The position numbers were made by a program, and so were the translations under genes. 64,000 nt of DNA from Bdellovibrionales bacterium (GTDB lineage Bacteria > Bdellovibrionota > Bdellovibrionia > Bdellovibrionales > UBA1609): contig CBDHDF010000004.1 in the NCBI GenBank assembly GCA_965261545.1, positions 64,001-128,000 on the forward strand, given 5' to 3'. This document shows positions 61,521-64,000 of this stretch, piece by piece (within the stretch, counting starts at the first letter, position 1; each line of letters opens with the position of its first letter). Below the pieces are notes generated by a model. That model worked only from the letters and a program-made list of their open reading frames with translations. It was not told where the DNA came from and searched no databases.

Positions 61521-61985
61521 ATGAGACCATTTTTTGGATTTGTTACAATACTTTCTTGGAGCACCTTTGGAGCCCTTCTTATTTCTTTATTGGTGTTTGG
61601 ATCTGGTTATTTGCTAACACTCATTCTTCCATTAAACCAATTACAAGCATCCACTTTATTTCTTGCCTCACTCGCCCTTCTTGTTCTTACATTTATTTTT
61701 ATGTCGCTCGTACATGGAACTAATGCCCCCTCCCTTTACGAAAATTTAGACGAACTGCTTCCTGATAAATGGGATGATGATTGGGAGCGCGAGAACTGGG
61801 CAGATAAAAATCAGGAAAGATTTGTAGCTAAAAATATGACTGTATCGCAGGAGAAAAATAATCAAAGCAAAAGAAGTGGTCAAAGTGAAAGGGTTGGAAG
61901 AAATCAGCCATGTCCATGTGGTAGTGGAAAGAAATTTAAATTTTGTTGCTCTCAAAAGGCCAAAGTGCTTTCATTGCGCACTTAA
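61521..61985 (+). CDS. Membrane protein with C-terminal SEC-C metal-binding motif
   Basis: Two TM helices; VGRNQPCPCGSGKKFKFCC. Confidence 0.8.
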   Translation: MRPFFGFVTILSWSTFGALLISLLVFGSGYLLTLILPLNQLQASTLFLASLALLVLTFIFMSLVHGTNAPSLYENLDELLPDKWDDDWERENWADKNQERFVAKNMTVSQEKNNQSKRSGQSERVGRNQPCPCGSGKKFKFCCSQKAKVLSLRT

Positions 61986-62082
61986 GTTTCGTCAGTTCGT
62001 TATGTTTGGAAAATTCCTAAGAATAAAATAAAAGCTTTCCGAACAAGCATCAATGAATTTATAAAACCTGCATTAGAAAAAA

Positions 62083-62853
62083 TTAAAGGGTATACGATGA
62101 ATAAATGTTGGAACTGACCTCAGCTTTGTAGATAAAGCTGGCTCCACCCATAAGAGATTTATGTTGAACACTTTTGAAACAAGACGTAGACATCATAATA
62201 TCTATAAATTTTTGTCGGCAAGGAAACTCAGAGGAGGATTGGCTGAGATAGTGGTAGGCCTTGTGGTGGCCTGAAATCCATCCTCCTAGGGGGGGGACAA
62301 TATGCTTGAAATAAAAATGAATAAAAGGCTTGAGGATTGGAAAATACTGCTCGCCCGTTTCTAAAACCATCACATGGCCACCAGGCTTTACAACCCTTGC
62401 CATTTCAACGAGAGCTTTTTTGATATCACTTACATTGCGAATGCCATAGGCAATGCTTGAAATATCAAAGCTATCATTTTTATAGTTGCTAAGCTGAGTG
62501 ACATCTCCCCACTGAAAATCCACTGTCAATTTCTGCTGTTTTGCCTTTTTCACAGCATAGGCAAGAATTTCTTCACAAAAATCTACACCCACCACATGAC
62601 CCTGGGGTCCCACTTTTTGCTTAAATTGAAGGGCTAAGTCTCCCGTGCCAGTGGCACAGTCCAAAATCCGATGGCCATCATGGGCTTCACTCCATTGAAC
62701 AAGTTTTTGTCGCCACCAGCGAGCCATTCCGAAGGTTATAACACCATTGACTTTATCATAGGTTTGGGCAATAGAGCCGAATATACGCTGAATGTCTTCT
62801 GCGGGAGGACCTGTTCTCATAGGGGGGCTTGACTGAGAATTTTGAGGATTCAT
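62083..62853 (-). CDS. ubiE: Demethylmenaquinone methyltransferase UbiE/MenG
   Basis: FGSIAQTYDKVN, ILDCATGTGD, YGIRNV, EMARVVKPGG, AYHYLSQS. Confidence 0.92.
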   Translation of the reverse strand: MNPQNSQSSPPMRTGPPAEDIQRIFGSIAQTYDKVNGVITFGMARWWRQKLVQWSEAHDGHRILDCATGTGDLALQFKQKVGPQGHVVGVDFCEEILAYAVKKAKQQKLTVDFQWGDVTQLSNYKNDSFDISSIAYGIRNVSDIKKALVEMARVVKPGGHVMVLETGEQYFPILKPFIHFYFKHIVPPLGGWISGHHKAYHYLSQSSSEFPCRQKFIDIMMSTSCFKSVQHKSLMGGASFIYKAEVSSNIYSSYTL

Positions 62854-62860
62854 TTCACTT

Positions 62861-63778
62861 CTACCGAAGACAACTGAACTTCTTTTTTGTGTTGAGGGCT
62901 TTAAGAATCTTGGCCGTAGATTCCATAAGGTTGCGGAACTCCTCAAAGTGAAGGGATTGGTGTCCATCGGATTTAGCCTTATCGGGCTGGTTGTGAACTT
63001 CCACCATGATTCCATCGGCTCCTGCTGCGATGGCAGCCAAAGACATGGGGATCACAAGCTCCCGCCGTCCCGTTCCGTGGGAGGGGTCGGCCAACACGGG
63101 AAAGTGAGTGTTTTGTTTGAGGTAGGCCACAGCATTGAGGTCAAAGGTGTTGCGAGTTTTTGTTTCAAAGCTGCGGATTCCTCTCTCACACAGAATCACA
63201 TTTTTGTTGCCATGAAGGGCTATGTATTCAGCGGCAAAAATCCACTCATCAATAAGAGCTGAAAAGCTGCGCTTTAAGAGCACTGGCTTATGGGTGGCTC
63301 CGAGTTCCTTGAGAAGTTCGTAATTATACATATTTCGCGAACCTACCTGAAAGACATCGACGAAATCCATCATGTCATCAATTTGTCTGGGATCCGTCAC
63401 TTCAGAGATAAAGGGAAGCTGGACTTTGGATTTGACCTCTCGAGCAATGTCAAAAGCCTCTCGTCCCAGGCCCTGAAAGGTGTGGGGGCTGGTTCGTAGC
63501 TTAAACATACCCCCGCGCAGAGCCATGGCTCCTTGTTTTTTGACAAATTGAGCAATGGTGTGAAATTGTTCCTTGGACTCAATGGCACAGGGGCCAGCTA
63601 TGACCGAAAAAAAGTTGCCCCCAATAGGGTAAGGCCCTACGTGGACAATGGGAGCCGTTTTTACTCCCGCCTTGGTGGGGGAGCCTCCTTTGTCGAAGTC
63701 GGAATGACTTTCTTTATTATTATGGCCTTTTTTAATTTTCACTGAAGGCGTTTGATCCACTTGAGCTGCTTTAGTCAT
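62861..63778 (-). CDS. aroF: DAHP synthase, type I-beta
   Basis: IAGPCAIES, RGGMFKLRTSP, GSRNMYN, LCERGIR, DPSHGTG, SDGHQSL. Confidence 0.9.
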   Translation of the reverse strand: MTKAAQVDQTPSVKIKKGHNNKESHSDFDKGGSPTKAGVKTAPIVHVGPYPIGGNFFSVIAGPCAIESKEQFHTIAQFVKKQGAMALRGGMFKLRTSPHTFQGLGREAFDIAREVKSKVQLPFISEVTDPRQIDDMMDFVDVFQVGSRNMYNYELLKELGATHKPVLLKRSFSALIDEWIFAAEYIALHGNKNVILCERGIRSFETKTRNTFDLNAVAYLKQNTHFPVLADPSHGTGRRELVIPMSLAAIAAGADGIMVEVHNQPDKAKSDGHQSLHFEEFRNLMESTAKILKALNTKKKFSCLR

Positions 63779-63887
63779 TGATTGAATTCCTTAAGCCTAC
63801 AAAAATCCAGTGGGGGCTCCAGAATGTAGGGAATGTAGGGACATTACAAGTTCACCCATCCCGTGGAGGCCCAGATCTAGTGGAGGG

Positions 63888-63998
63888 TTATAACTTTATC
63901 CAGTCTAAGGCGGCAAGTTCATTGTCAAACCCCCAGCCCAAGCCCTTTGGTGGTGTGAAACGAGGGGAAGTGGAATCTAGGGAAAACATATTTATATC
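63888..63998 (-). CDS. 3' end of an upstream gene, possibly o-succinylbenzoate synthase (MenC)
   Basis: ..PPKGLGWGFDNELAALDWIKL* resembles the enolase-superfamily C-terminal GxGxG motif; lies next to ubiE/menG; truncated by window edge. Confidence 0.4.
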   Translation of the reverse strand, partial: DINMFSLDSTSPRFTPPKGLGWGFDNELAALDWIKL

Positions 63999-64000
63999 TT

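Overview
Bacterial chromosomal DNA, most consistent with a Bdellovibrionota (Bdellovibrionales-like) genome. This placement is inferred from gene content and order, not from a search. The backbone is housekeeping: recN, a membrane-arm-only nuoA-H-J-K-L-M-N cluster, lon, a patatin, tRNA-Ser/tRNA-Arg, fsa/tal, htpX, a Flp/Tad pilus cluster, pepA, clpP-clpX-lon, glyQS-ppdK-smc-uvrA, phoD, orn and a probable menC-aroF-menG block. Two mobile-element hot spots sit just downstream of the two lon paralogs. (1) An IS1634-family element with 26-bp TIRs is flanked by a 309-bp direct repeat that leaves both convergent host genes intact, and is itself interrupted by an IS21 and a second IS1634-family IS. 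(2) A short signal-peptide + RHS-core + caspase/C80-like toxin gene can be rebuilt in frame after removing an IS4 and a second IS21 copy; it is followed by a 587-bp non-autonomous IS1634 derivative with a 17-bp direct repeat and an in-frame mini-transposase ORF. Other oddities are a DnaA-box hairpin inside IS21, a frameshifted Tad secretin with no adjacent tadABC, a reprolysin-like protease coupled to an apparently catalytically dead M4/M36-like lipoprotein, and pervasive tandem micro-duplications at gene junctions and inside core proteins. No CRISPR array or rRNA was seen.
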